Source: an uncultured Methanosarcinales archaeon (GTDB lineage: Archaea; Nanobdellota; Nanobdellia; Woesearchaeales; GW2011-AR4). From it: DNA of 64,000 nt. Positions 1 to 9,546 of this stretch are shown here, in pieces. Made by a program: the position numbers and the translations under genes. Numbering within the stretch: the stretch's first letter is position 1; each line of letters opens with the position of its first letter. The DNA is taken from NCBI GenBank assembly GCA_964438385.1, contig CAYTKI010000010.1, positions 71,530 through 135,529 on the forward strand, in the 5' to 3' direction. The notes beneath the pieces were generated by a model that was not told the DNA's origin, did no database searches, and saw only the letters and a program-made list of their open reading frames with translations.

Positions 1-58
1 CGGGGATCTCAAAGCGCGTTGTGGGGCTTAAGCCGATCGGCAATGTGAAGGGGTAGCA

Positions 59-400
59 ATGACCTTTGGAATTCTAAGGGCCAATGCCCATCCCCAAATC
101 CAAAAACCTTCCTTTCAAAAAACGTTGGAAGCATATGCATTCAAAGGGATTTTTTTTGATCATAAGAGATACACTCCTGGTCTGGTGATAGAGCAGGGAC
201 CACTTGTGGAATTCGTGCGTGCGTACAAGAAGGACCCTTCCGATATGCTTGGACATGGACTTAAGACTTGGGAAGACATCTTTGCAAGCCAGATATCCAC
301 TCACCACATACTCGCCTTTACCTTTCCACACCCTTCCAAAGAGGCGTTGATTCGAAAGAATTACGATCCCTTTGAGATATATGAGAGAAGAAACCAATGA
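59..400 (+). CDS. hypothetical protein, translationally coupled (ATGA overlap) to archease
   Basis: 113-aa ORF with an in-frame stop at 29-31 upstream, so it is complete. Its stop overlaps the archease start. No recognisable motif. The antisense ORF 74..397 is taken as a shadow. Confidence 0.4.
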   Translation: MTFGILRANAHPQIQKPSFQKTLEAYAFKGIFFDHKRYTPGLVIEQGPLVEFVRAYKKDPSDMLGHGLKTWEDIFASQISTHHILAFTFPHPSKEALIRKNYDPFEIYERRNQ

Positions 401-831
401 AAAAATACAGAATCCTTGATGACGTCGCGATCGCCGACATCGCCTTTGAGATATTTGGAAAAGATATCGATCAGCTCTTTGAGCATGCAGCTTTGGCCAT
501 CTTTGAGCAGAGCGCGGACATAAAATCCATTAAAGGAACAAAGAAAAAAGAGATCTCACTGGCTTCAGAAACACTCGAAACTCTCCTCTTCGACTTCCTC
601 TCTGAGATTATCTATATCAAGGATACTGACCAACTGATAGGAAAAACCAGTAAGATCAGGATTTCCAAAGCAAAGGATAGCACTTACTCGCTCAAGGCGA
701 CAATAATGGGGGATAAAATCAACCAGAAGAAGCACATCTTAAGAAGCGACATCAAGGCAATCACCTACCATATGTTTAAGGTAGGGCACACTCCAAAAGG
801 GTGGAAGGCGTTTGTTGTCGTTGATATATGA
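397..831 (+). CDS. archease (cofactor of the RtcB tRNA ligase)
   Basis: 144 aa. N-terminal DVAIADIAFEIFG resembles the archease HTADIG motif. C-terminal IKAITYHMFKV...WKAFVVVDI matches the conserved archease C-terminus. Confidence 0.75.
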   Translation: MKKYRILDDVAIADIAFEIFGKDIDQLFEHAALAIFEQSADIKSIKGTKKKEISLASETLETLLFDFLSEIIYIKDTDQLIGKTSKIRISKAKDSTYSLKATIMGDKINQKKHILRSDIKAITYHMFKVGHTPKGWKAFVVVDI

Positions 832-1448
832 CTCCTTCTTGTGACAATCTGTAAACGAAAAAATCGAATTCCTTAAGTCAGCTAGGCATTGTCTTCGAGG
901 TATTATCTTCCCTATTTTATCAAATCATACAAAAACTCATAGTCATTGGACACCAGCGAGAGGGATGCGGATCCTAAGAACACCATCTTGTACTGGAACC
1001 CATTGAGGGCATTCTGCTCTTTTTGCCTTCTTGCCATAATTCCGTTCCTGTTCTTTGAGTGATATTGACATGTGTGATTGGGAAGAGGCGGCTTTTAGCC
1101 GCCTCTTGTGTAATGCAGAGAAATTCCTCCCGCTCTCAAACCATAGTGGTTGTATTGGGCCGGCAGCAATGGCTATGATGCCTTGCTCCCGATTCATTTC
1201 TCTGCGTGCGCTTGGTATTTAGCACCAAAACCCTGCAAGACCGAATTACTCGGTTTCTTGCTTGGGCAGGTGGATGCTAAACACTAGTCTCAATCCATTG
1301 CCAATTGCCACGTTATGCGGCTAAATCGGCTTCTCTCTTGCGCAGGGTATGCGAAAGCAATCCTTGGTGAGCAAAGCTCGGATATGCATCAATCGCGAAG
1401 CGCAAGTGCTTTTTTTTTGGCGATGGTGGTGAGCGTGAATTTGTACTT

Positions 1449-2396
1449 CTAGCTTTCCTCTGAAGCAATCCCTTGTTTTCTGCCCGCATGCTGCTCTATT
1501 GCGCCTTTCATGCTGGAAAAAACCTGAGGAAGGTACTTGAAGCTAAAGGTGACCTTGTTGTCAACCATGACCATCTCCCGCTTCTTGCCTTCGACAAAGT
1601 ATTCCTTCAGTGCCTTTTCGCGAAGGTCAGGCTTTATATGGGAGTCGTACATGTATTCATTCTCAAGGATCAGCTTCACAACCTTCCAATAATCTTGAGC
1701 TCCGGGGGAACGCTTGGCGTAGCTGAAGATGGATTTGTGCGCCCGTGGGGCCTCCTTGATTTTGGAATTCTGCCTGATGGGATCGGTGACGAGAAGGGTT
1801 GTGAATTCATCCCTCATCTGCCTAAGGATTGTCTTGCACACCTTGCTTCTGGAATCGTAAAGCGTGGGTATGATGCTTGATACCATGAGCTTGTGGTTGA
1901 ATTTCCTGTTCAGTTTTGATACCTGATCCATGGTCTTTTTCAGGGCATCAAAGCCCAGGATGTCGGTTGATACGGGAATCACCGCTTCCCTTGCGTAGAA
2001 CAATGCGTTCTGGTTCATGAGCCGAAGCGAGGGAGGGCAATCCAGGATGACATAATCATAATCCAGATCAGGCGTGAATCTCTGCTCAAGGATGCTGAAA
2101 TTATCCTTCTGCTTCATCATGAACTCTTCCGCATCGGCAAGGGTTTCGTCGCAATGGAGAATATCCAGGTTTTTCCCAAGATTTGAGATGCACTTGTCAA
2201 GCGCCACTTGATCGACAATGAGATGATACAGGTTTTTTTTCGCATCAGCATGGTGCCAGGTATGCACACTGCCCTGGGGATCCAAATCAATAAGCACCAC
2301 TTTCTTGCCATTCCTTGACAATCCAGCTGCAAGGCTGACTGCGGTTGTGGTCTTTCCCACGCCCCCTTTCTGGTTGAACACTGCAATCTTTCTCAT
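1449..2396 (-). CDS. parA: ParA/MinD/Soj-family P-loop ATPase with a ~90-aa C-terminal extension
   Basis: Deviant Walker A KGGVGKTT directly after the proposed start MRKIAVFNQKGG. The ORF-track start at 2486 adds 30 unlikely residues. No ParB partner is visible. Confidence 0.8.
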   Translation of the reverse strand: MRKIAVFNQKGGVGKTTTAVSLAAGLSRNGKKVVLIDLDPQGSVHTWHHADAKKNLYHLIVDQVALDKCISNLGKNLDILHCDETLADAEEFMMKQKDNFSILEQRFTPDLDYDYVILDCPPSLRLMNQNALFYAREAVIPVSTDILGFDALKKTMDQVSKLNRKFNHKLMVSSIIPTLYDSRSKVCKTILRQMRDEFTTLLVTDPIRQNSKIKEAPRAHKSIFSYAKRSPGAQDYWKVVKLILENEYMYDSHIKPDLREKALKEYFVEGKKREMVMVDNKVTFSFKYLPQVFSSMKGAIEQHAGRKQGIASEES

Positions 2397-2743
2397 GGAT
2401 TCACCTCTATTTTTTGCTGTTTTTCCAATGATGCCTTCATGTGCGTAAAACGTTCCCAACGTTTGTGAACAGGAGCTGCTTTTCATCGCATAACTTATAT
2501 TTAAACCTTACGGTTTTTACTAAACAGGTATAGATTTTTGTATATTGGTTCTGATATGTTTATAAATAATTTTCATTCAGGGAATAAATATTTTCAATAA
2601 GGAAAATAAAAAGAAAAATGCACTAATCAAAAGAAAATCCCGGTGAGATTATAATCTCAACAATTGCAAGCAATCTCCCCCCATTCCAAAACTCCCCATC
2701 AAAAATCCAAACCTTTATCAAAAATGAGCAGGAAAAAGCCAGC

Positions 2744-3184
2744 ATGGCCTTGGATCTAACTTCGGTTGTCATTTTCCTCGCCTTGATTATCTTTATCTTC
2801 ATCGCCTATGCCATTGGAAAAAAGCTTGGCAAGCTCCAGGCAGAAAAAGAACTCAGCCAAAAGCTTCCGGAAGAGCGCGAGGATGCAATCAAGCGCTCAC
2901 GAGCAGTCCTCTCCGGCCAATTCTCAGAGCAGCTTGCCCCTTTTCTTCCGAATTTCCCCTATTCCCCAACTGAGGTGCGCTTTATCGGAAAGCCAATAGA
3001 CTTCATTGTCTTCAAGGGGATGGATGAGAAAGACATTCGGGAAGTGGTGTTTGTCGAGGTGAAGTCGGGAGAATCGCAGCTCTCTTCCCAAGAGAGGAAA
3101 CTGCGGGATGCTATCAATGGGAAGAAGGTGAAGTGGGAATTGTATTCGGCAACAGAAAAAATAAGTAAAGTGAAATCGAAGTAA
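2744..3184 (+). CDS. membrane-anchored Hjc-like (PD-(D/E)xK) nuclease-fold protein
   Basis: An N-terminal transmembrane helix (VVIFLALIIFIFIAYAIG), a charged linker, then a core that aligns to archaeal Holliday junction resolvase Hjc (RFIGKPIDFIVFKG ... VVFVEVKSGESQLSSQERKLRDAI, the ExK motif). Confidence 0.5.
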   Translation: MALDLTSVVIFLALIIFIFIAYAIGKKLGKLQAEKELSQKLPEEREDAIKRSRAVLSGQFSEQLAPFLPNFPYSPTEVRFIGKPIDFIVFKGMDEKDIREVVFVEVKSGESQLSSQERKLRDAINGKKVKWELYSATEKISKVKSK

Positions 3185-3769
3185 TCACTTGAACGATTGC
3201 CCGCAGCCGCAGCTTGATTTCACGTTCGGATTGGTTATCTTGAACCCGCCGCCCTGGAGACTTTCCACAAAGTCAATCTTTGAACCGCGCAAAAATTCCA
3301 TGCTCTCCTTCGGAACGATGATTTTCACTCCTTTCTCATTGAACACCTTATCTTTCTCAGATGATTGCTCATCAAGCTCAAGCCCATACTGAAAGCCGGA
3401 GCATCCGCCTGCAACGACTGCGACGCGAAGGCCGGAATCTTCTTTGTTGTTTTCCTTTAGGATCTGCTGTAGCTTCTCAGCCGCCCGCTTGGTGATGATA
3501 ATCTCTTTTTCTCCTTCCTCGCTGGTCTCGGAAATCGCCTTGTTGATGTTTTCAATGATTACATCAACTTCCTCATCAGCCATTCCATGCCCCTTGAAGC
3601 CCTGCTCCAAAGTCTCATGAAAAGACACATGGCAGCCCACGCAATGAACGCCCGCGTCCTGCAGGGGCTCGATAGCTGCCGGATATTTTCTGATGACATC
3701 TCCAATCGTCATGTCCTTTGTGACGAGCACTGATTGTGTTTTTTGTTCCATTTCCATTCCCCTTACCAA
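3185..3769 (-). CDS. DUF1858 (CxxC redox-disulfide-like) domain fused to a HesB/IscA A-type Fe-S carrier
   Basis: N-terminal HCVGCH motif region. C-terminal GGCSGFQYGL ... FKITNPNVKSSCGCGQSF is a canonical IscA/HesB signature. Confidence 0.6.
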   Translation of the reverse strand: MVRGMEMEQKTQSVLVTKDMTIGDVIRKYPAAIEPLQDAGVHCVGCHVSFHETLEQGFKGHGMADEEVDVIIENINKAISETSEEGEKEIIITKRAAEKLQQILKENNKEDSGLRVAVVAGGCSGFQYGLELDEQSSEKDKVFNEKGVKIIVPKESMEFLRGSKIDFVESLQGGGFKITNPNVKSSCGCGQSFK

Positions 3770-4009
3770 TGGGTAAGTCGGGGATATTTATATCTTTCTT
3801 CCCAATTCCCTATAAACCATCAATAAACTTTTACCTCGCCCTTTAAATAGAAGTTCCCCCATGGGATGAAATGGTGATAGGTATTGGTTATTCAATGATG
3901 GGGGGATATGGATATCATGGCTGGGCAATCATGGGCTTTTTGTCTTATCTGCTCCTCTTGGGACTGGTCATTTTGGTCTATCTGTGGATTTGGAAGCTGT
4001 GGCGCGGCC

Positions 4010-4981
4010 TTAAGAACGAAGGGAAGGCGCAGGGTAAAGGCCGCTAATCGCAAGAATATTTTTTTTCGCCTCTTTGAGTTTTTTCGCCCAATTGCACGCG
4101 CTGCAGGTTGCTTTTGATGAGGGCTCTCCGCACTGAGGGCACATCCCTAACTGCTCGCCTTTGTATTTTTCCTTCAATGCGGGCAATGTCATAAGGAAAG
4201 AATTGGCAAGGGAGTATTTGGTGCCCGGAAACTTATTCTCAAAGTCATTGAGCATGTCGCGCACTTCCGCGCGGTAGGATTTTGCAGCGTTTGGGCACTC
4301 GATGAACTTGCCTAGGATGCCGCTGAGAAACGCGTAAATGGTCACTTCTTTCTCTGTGCACAGATACAATGGCTTTATGCGCGTGATGAATCCTTTGTGC
4401 TCTTTGAGCCCTGTTTTTGGGCCCAGGCGGGCTGATGCCTTCACATCATTCCTGAACTGATTCATTAGTATGGACTGGCATTCATCATCAAGGTTGTGCC
4501 CAGTGGCAAGCTTTGTGAATCCCAATTCCTTTGCCTTCCGATTCAGCAAATAGCGCCTGAAAACCCCGCAGATGCTGCATGGCTTCACGTCCAATATGCG
4601 AAGCATCTCATCAAGCGGCATGCCAAACTCCCCCTCGTAAGAGAAGATATGCAGCGGCACCCCAATTTTCTCGCAGAAGTTTTTCGCGGTGAGAAGTGTC
4701 TCATCGCGATATCCGTGGATGCCTTCGTTAATGGCAATCGCGGTGAGCTTTATTTTTTTATTCTCATTTTTTATGGCATTGAGAATTGATAATACTGTTA
4801 AAGAATCCTTGCCGCCGCTGATGGCAACGCCAATGTGTTCCTCCGAAGAAAGCAGGCCATAGTGCTCAATAGTTTTACTAACTTTCGCTTCAAAATAGCC
4901 CGTGAAATGAAGTTTGCACAGCTTCTCCCCATCGGGCAGTTCAATTACCGGTTTTCCGCCGCAGCACTCCATGCTAGCCAC
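4010..4981 (-). CDS. PP-loop ATPase of the NcsA/TtuA (Ncs6/Ctu1) tRNA 2-thiolation family
   Basis: SGGKDS PP-loop, an N-terminal CxxC and C-terminal CPQCG...CSAC zinc fingers, and a central CSIC motif. Its start overlaps the stop of the ThiS-like ORF. Confidence 0.75.
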   Translation of the reverse strand: MASMECCGGKPVIELPDGEKLCKLHFTGYFEAKVSKTIEHYGLLSSEEHIGVAISGGKDSLTVLSILNAIKNENKKIKLTAIAINEGIHGYRDETLLTAKNFCEKIGVPLHIFSYEGEFGMPLDEMLRILDVKPCSICGVFRRYLLNRKAKELGFTKLATGHNLDDECQSILMNQFRNDVKASARLGPKTGLKEHKGFITRIKPLYLCTEKEVTIYAFLSGILGKFIECPNAAKSYRAEVRDMLNDFENKFPGTKYSLANSFLMTLPALKEKYKGEQLGMCPQCGEPSSKATCSACNWAKKLKEAKKNILAISGLYPAPSLRS

Positions 4982-5180
4982 CTGAGATGACTGAAGTTAT
5001 CCTGATACTATCCCTATCGTGCAGCACATCGTCCTCAAGCATGATCTCATTGTCCTTGGACACGATGACAGTGACGGGATTGATTTTTAGTTCCTCAAGT
5101 AGTAATAGAACCGTGCCTTTTGGATCCATATTCACAATTCTCGACTTGTTTTCTTTCTCGATGAAAGCGGTGATTATCAT
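4974..5180 (-). CDS. ThiS/MoaD/TtuB(SAMP)-like ubiquitin-fold sulfur carrier
   Basis: 68 aa ending in a Gly-Gly C-terminus (VISGG), immediately upstream of and overlapping the NcsA/TtuA-like gene. Confidence 0.7.
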   Translation of the reverse strand: MIITAFIEKENKSRIVNMDPKGTVLLLLEELKINPVTVIVSKDNEIMLEDDVLHDRDSIRITSVISGG

Positions 5181-5394
5181 ATGAAAAGGATGCCTAATTC
5201 ATTTATAAATTTATAGAGAATTATGGCTCTGTCCCGAATCTCGCTTACGCTCGGGCAGCGCCAGGCTCGCTTATGGATGCCGCAATCAGATATGCGGTTC
5301 CCTCCCATAGGGACTTCCCCTTCCGCATTGTCTGTTGCAATCGCTGATTCACTCACAAATGAGGCGCTGCCCTTATTCGGGACAGAGCAGAGAA

Positions 5395-5721
5395 TTACCG
5401 TATCGAATGCCCGCACTTGCAGCTTTTCGTGATATTGGGGTTGCTAATCTTAAAACCCGCTCCCATCAGCCCGTCAAGGTAGTCAATGGTGCTGCCTTTG
5501 AGGAATTCCTTTGCGCCAGAAGGGACAATCACTTTCACCCCATCCTGCTCAATGACCTCATCCTCCCCTCCCACCTCCTTGGTGATGCCGATGTCATACA
5601 TATAGCCCGAGCAGCCGCCTTTGCGGACCCCGAACTTCACAAGGTTGCCGCCCTTGGCATATGCTTTTGCCTTCTGAACTGCATTTGGTGTCAGGGTGAT
5701 GAGCTGGGTGTGGTGTTGCAT
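5395..5721 (-). CDS. HesB/IscA/SufA A-type iron-sulfur carrier
   Basis: GGCSGYMY ... FKISNPNITKSCKCGHS conserved cysteines. Start trimmed to MQHHTQ. Confidence 0.75.
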   Translation of the reverse strand: MQHHTQLITLTPNAVQKAKAYAKGGNLVKFGVRKGGCSGYMYDIGITKEVGGEDEVIEQDGVKVIVPSGAKEFLKGSTIDYLDGLMGAGFKISNPNITKSCKCGHSIR

Positions 5722-5807
5722 GGTCCTTGTGGTAATTATGTCCATTTAAAATCTATTGCTCAATATGACAATGAAAGTTAAAATAATTAATCCAAAGGTG
5801 CGGAAAT

Positions 5808-6548
5808 CTATTGGTGATGCGCCCACTCCTCATATCCCTTTTTCTCAAGCTCCACTACCAGCTCCTTGCCGCCCGATTTCACGATTTTTCCCTTTATCAT
5901 CACATGGACAGTATCTGGCCTAATGTAATCCAAAATGCGCTGATAGTGGGTGATGATTAAAATTCCCATGTCTTTTCCCTTGATGGCATTGATGCCATCC
6001 CCGACAACTTTAAGGGAAGTGATGTCCAAACCAGAATCAGTCTCATCAAGGATTGCCATCTCTGGCTGCAGAACAGCCATCTGCAATATCTCTGTTCGCT
6101 TCTTCTCCCCGCCTGAAAACCCCTCGTTGAGGTATCTTCGGGAAAATGCAGGATCAATCTTGAGCAGCTCCATCTTCTCCCGGAGCAGCTTCACAAATTC
6201 AGGGACAGGAATCTGCATCCCCTTCACCGCATTATATGCGGTCCGAAGAAAATTGGACACCGCAACGCCGGTAATTTCCTGCGGGTACTGGAATGAAAGA
6301 AATATCCCCAGCTTCGCCCTCTCATCAGTTGGCAATTCAAGGATATTTTTCCCCTTCCAGATCACCTCTCCACTCTCAACAGTATAGCGGGGATGGCCCA
6401 TGATGGTGTAGGCGAGCGTGCTTTTTCCCGAGCCATTTGGTCCCATGAGCGCGCAGACTTCCCCATTCTTCACGGTCAAATTGACACCATTCAAAATCTT
6501 CTTCCCATCAACCGACACATACAAGTCCTTAACAACCATCTGGTCCAT
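5808..6548 (-). CDS. sufC: SufC ABC ATPase of the SUF Fe-S assembly system
   Basis: Walker A GPNGSGKST, an ABC signature FSGGEKKR and Walker B ILDETDSGLD. Family-level match to SufC. Confidence 0.9.
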   Translation of the reverse strand: MDQMVVKDLYVSVDGKKILNGVNLTVKNGEVCALMGPNGSGKSTLAYTIMGHPRYTVESGEVIWKGKNILELPTDERAKLGIFLSFQYPQEITGVAVSNFLRTAYNAVKGMQIPVPEFVKLLREKMELLKIDPAFSRRYLNEGFSGGEKKRTEILQMAVLQPEMAILDETDSGLDITSLKVVGDGINAIKGKDMGILIITHYQRILDYIRPDTVHVMIKGKIVKSGGKELVVELEKKGYEEWAHHQ

Positions 6549-6662
6549 TGTTCTTCACCTTTATGTTTGATTTTAATTTTTGAATAGTGTTTTAATGCAA
6601 GTTAATTTTTGTTTTGCTTATGTAGGGGGATTTATTTTTTTTACGCTCATGCTTTTATTTTC

Positions 6663-7085
6663 CTATTGGGTTTTTCCGTTAGTGGCAGTTTCTTTCTTAT
6701 TGACATATTTCTTGAAGATGAGAATGGAATTCTTCAGCGTGTCAAGCGGCAAAAGCGCGCACTTGAGCCGCACAGGTGAGAGCGTGATGCCAAGCATCTC
6801 AAGGATTTTTTCTTTGCTTAGCGTTTCTATTTCCGCAATGGGCTTCCCCTTTACAGCATCGGTGAGCATAGACGCTGATGCCTGCGAGATCGCGCATCCT
6901 TTCCCGGAAAAGCGTATATTCCTAATCTTCCCATCCTCAATGTGCACAAACATCTCGATGTGGTCTCCGCAGAGGGGATTGTATTCTTGGTGATGGACCG
7001 ATGCATTGGACATCTTCCCAAAATTATGCGGATGCTTGTAGTGGTCCAAGATATTCTCTTGGTACATCTGCTCTATTGAGTCCAT
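6663..7085 (-). CDS. sufU: SufU/IscU-type Fe-S scaffold / sulfur acceptor (NifU N-terminal domain)
   Basis: Three conserved Cys in NPLCGD, GKGCAIS and LKCALLP. It lacks the LPPVKxHCS histidine of IscU, so it is SufU-like. Its start overlaps the sufS stop. Confidence 0.7.
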   Translation of the reverse strand: MDSIEQMYQENILDHYKHPHNFGKMSNASVHHQEYNPLCGDHIEMFVHIEDGKIRNIRFSGKGCAISQASASMLTDAVKGKPIAEIETLSKEKILEMLGITLSPVRLKCALLPLDTLKNSILIFKKYVNKKETATNGKTQ

Positions 7086-8302
7086 CAGGAAAACACCTTC
7101 TTCACCCTCTCAATCCCTGACATGAGAGCATCAACATCTTCCTTGGTATTGTACGCATAAATGCTTGCCCGTGCGGTTCCGGAAACGTGCAGGACAGACA
7201 TGAGAGGCATAGTGCAGTGATGCCCTCCCCGAACTGCAATCCCTTCGGAATCCAAAATGGAAGAGACATCGTGCGCATGCACCCCATCCACATTGAAGGA
7301 GAACACTCCTGCCTGGTTGGCCGGAAAATAGGTGGTCACCCCTTTTACCGACGAGAATTGTTTTTTTGCATACACAATGAGCTTGTTCTCATATTCTTCG
7401 ATATTTTTCATGCCTAGTGAATTTAGGTAGTCAATGGCAGCACCAAGCCCAACTGCTTCTGCGGTGTTTGGCGTTCCGGCCTCGAACTTCCAGGGTAGCG
7501 AATTCCATGTGCTGCCAGAAAATGCGACTTCGCGGATCATTCCGCCGCCCATCAAAAAGGGCGGCATGCGCTCGAGCAGCTCTTTTTTCCCATACAAAAC
7601 TCCAATCCCTGTTGGGCCAAGCATCTTATGGCCGGAGAATGCAAGTAGGTCGCAGCCAATCTTCTGCACATCGACCTTGAAATGGGGAACGCTCTGGGCC
7701 GCATCAACAACGCACAGCGCGCCATTCTCATGGGCAATTTTAGAAATTTTTTGGACATCATTGATGGTCCCAAGGGTATTTGAGACATGCGCAAGAGCAA
7801 CTATTTTAGTCTTTTTCGAAATTAATTTCGATGCGGCCTTCTCATCCAGTAAAAATCCCTTCGTAGAAACTGGAATCCACCTGATGGCAACACCTCTCCG
7901 TTTCGCTAATTGCTGCCACGGCACCAGGTTTGAATGATGCTCCATCTGCGTGAGGACAATCTCATCGCCTTTTTCAAGCCCATTCATCAGGGAATAGGCG
8001 GCAAGGTTTAGGGATTCTGTGGCATTCTTCGTGAAGACTATTTCTTCCATCCCTTTCGCATTGATGAATGTGGAGGTCTTGGCATGGGCTTCTTCATAGA
8101 GCTGCGTTGCTTCCTCGGAAAGCTTATGGATCGCGCGATGCACGTTCGCATTGTGCTCCCTATAGTAGGCATCCATCGCCTCAATGACTTGGAATGGCTT
8201 TTGCGTTGTTGCCGCATTGTCAAGGTACACCAGTTTCTTCCCATTGATTTTCCTACCTAGGATGGGAAAATCCTTCCTCACCTTCTCGACATTGAACGTC
8301 AT
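7085..8302 (-). CDS. sufS: cysteine desulfurase SufS (class II aminotransferase V)
   Basis: PLP-lysine region SGHKMLGPTGIGVLYG and active-site loop RGGHHCTMPL typical of SufS/CsdA. Confidence 0.9.
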   Translation of the reverse strand: MTFNVEKVRKDFPILGRKINGKKLVYLDNAATTQKPFQVIEAMDAYYREHNANVHRAIHKLSEEATQLYEEAHAKTSTFINAKGMEEIVFTKNATESLNLAAYSLMNGLEKGDEIVLTQMEHHSNLVPWQQLAKRRGVAIRWIPVSTKGFLLDEKAASKLISKKTKIVALAHVSNTLGTINDVQKISKIAHENGALCVVDAAQSVPHFKVDVQKIGCDLLAFSGHKMLGPTGIGVLYGKKELLERMPPFLMGGGMIREVAFSGSTWNSLPWKFEAGTPNTAEAVGLGAAIDYLNSLGMKNIEEYENKLIVYAKKQFSSVKGVTTYFPANQAGVFSFNVDGVHAHDVSSILDSEGIAVRGGHHCTMPLMSVLHVSGTARASIYAYNTKEDVDALMSGIERVKKVFS

Positions 8303-9444
8303 GAGGACACCGCCTCCTGCACCGCATTGCGAAATCGCTGCAAGATAGTAGCATCATGAATTTTCAATAGAAGGGGCTCGAAAAAGCCCTCGACGATGAG
8401 TTTCTCTGATTCCTGCAAGGAAAGACCTCGGCTTCGAAGGTAAAACAGCTGCTCTTCATCGATTTGTCCAATCGTCGCCCCATGCGATGCCTTAACCTCA
8501 TTGGCATCTATCTCCAGCGCCGGAATGCTGTTTGCAACCGCCTTCTCCGACAGCTTGAGCACGTGGTTGGAGAGGTAGGAATTTGTCCCCTGCGCTTCCT
8601 TGCGTATCTTGATGAGCCCTCGGTAAATGGAGGAGGAAGCATCCATCATGATCGCGTTGATCGCCATATCGTTAGTGGTGTTTGCGGCATTATGGAATGC
8701 GTTGGTTGTGCAGTCCAGGTGCTGTTTTCTCCTTCCGATCATGATGCCGATGTTCTCTGATCTTGAGCCCGAACCATTAAAGAGAGTGTCAATCTTGAGC
8801 CGATTGATTTTTCCCCCGAGGCTCGCCCACCTCCATTGCACTCTCGCATCCCTTTGCACATTCCCGGTGATGCCGTTGAAGACATTTGCCTGGTCGGACG
8901 CTTTTGTCAGGTGGTGGAATGAAAGTTCTGAATTGTTTCCCGCATGCACTTCGGTAATGCAGCTTGCAATCATCTCTTTTTCACAAGGAAAGTGGTATTC
9001 CTCAAAATAGGAGGCACAGGCCCCTTCCTCAAGGAGAATCATGCTGCGCATACCCGCACTGGTTGCTGCGGTGATGGTGCTCTTTAGGGTTTGGGCAAGA
9101 CGGACGTTTGTTGGAACATAGAGGAACACACCATCCTGCCACATCGCAGCATTGAGGGCAAGGAACTTATCGGTAAGAGTGGTATTCTTCAGATAATGTC
9201 TTGAGAACAGCTCATAATGGCTCTTGAGGGCATCTTTCATGGTGCAGAAAATGACTCCTTTCTTCTTCTCGCTCTCCGCAAGAGGGGAGAGGGTAATTTG
9301 AGGGGAAGAGAAGGGCAAAAATTTGCCTATGTCAAACTTATCGATCCTGGTATGCCGCCATGCCTCATCCTTTTCCCTTGGCATGGGAAGCTGCTCAAAG
9401 AGCTGCCTGGCTTCATTTTGTTTTTGCTCGATTATTTTTTCCAT
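8299..9444 (-). CDS. sufD: SufD Fe-S assembly protein
   Basis: 381 aa with the SufB/SufD beta-helix family C-terminal region. It sits between sufB and sufS and overlaps sufS by 4 nt. Confidence 0.8.
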   Translation of the reverse strand: MEKIIEQKQNEARQLFEQLPMPREKDEAWRHTRIDKFDIGKFLPFSSPQITLSPLAESEKKKGVIFCTMKDALKSHYELFSRHYLKNTTLTDKFLALNAAMWQDGVFLYVPTNVRLAQTLKSTITAATSAGMRSMILLEEGACASYFEEYHFPCEKEMIASCITEVHAGNNSELSFHHLTKASDQANVFNGITGNVQRDARVQWRWASLGGKINRLKIDTLFNGSGSRSENIGIMIGRRKQHLDCTTNAFHNAANTTNDMAINAIMMDASSSIYRGLIKIRKEAQGTNSYLSNHVLKLSEKAVANSIPALEIDANEVKASHGATIGQIDEEQLFYLRSRGLSLQESEKLIVEGFFEPLLLKIHDATILQRFRNAVQEAVSS

Positions 9445-9546
9445 TCCGCTCGTTATCCTTGTTTATTATCTCATTATCTTTTTCTGAATTATCCATCGCC
9501 GATGATTACCATTAGGAGGGTATTGCTTGTGCCATGCCAAAGAAAC

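Noticed and set aside
74-397. Numerous long ORFs antisense to, or out of frame with, confident genes. Examples: 74..397(-), 1473..1880(+), 5950..6387(+), 7434..7937(+), 11260..11913(+), 12968..13543(+), 14418..15101(+), 29690..30316(-), 34038..34790(-), 38889..39485(-), 44574..45047(-), 49599..50156(+), 50883..51230(+), 51895..52497(+), 54107..54877(+), 57878..58240(+).
   Set aside because: Each overlaps a gene with strong family-level motifs on the other strand or frame. They are typical shadow ORFs of moderately GC-rich coding DNA and have low-complexity or Ser/Arg/Cys-rich composition.
1085-1105. Hairpin GGCGGCT-TTTA-GCCGCC considered as the archease terminator.
   Set aside because: It is about 250 nt downstream of the archease stop and lacks an adjacent oligo-T tract, so the assignment is unsupported. 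It is retained only as part of the non-coding-region finding.
943-1197. 84-aa ORF on the minus strand in the archease-parA spacer.
   Set aside because: No motif, odd composition and no SD or promoter context. The region looks non-coding or like a pseudogene remnant.
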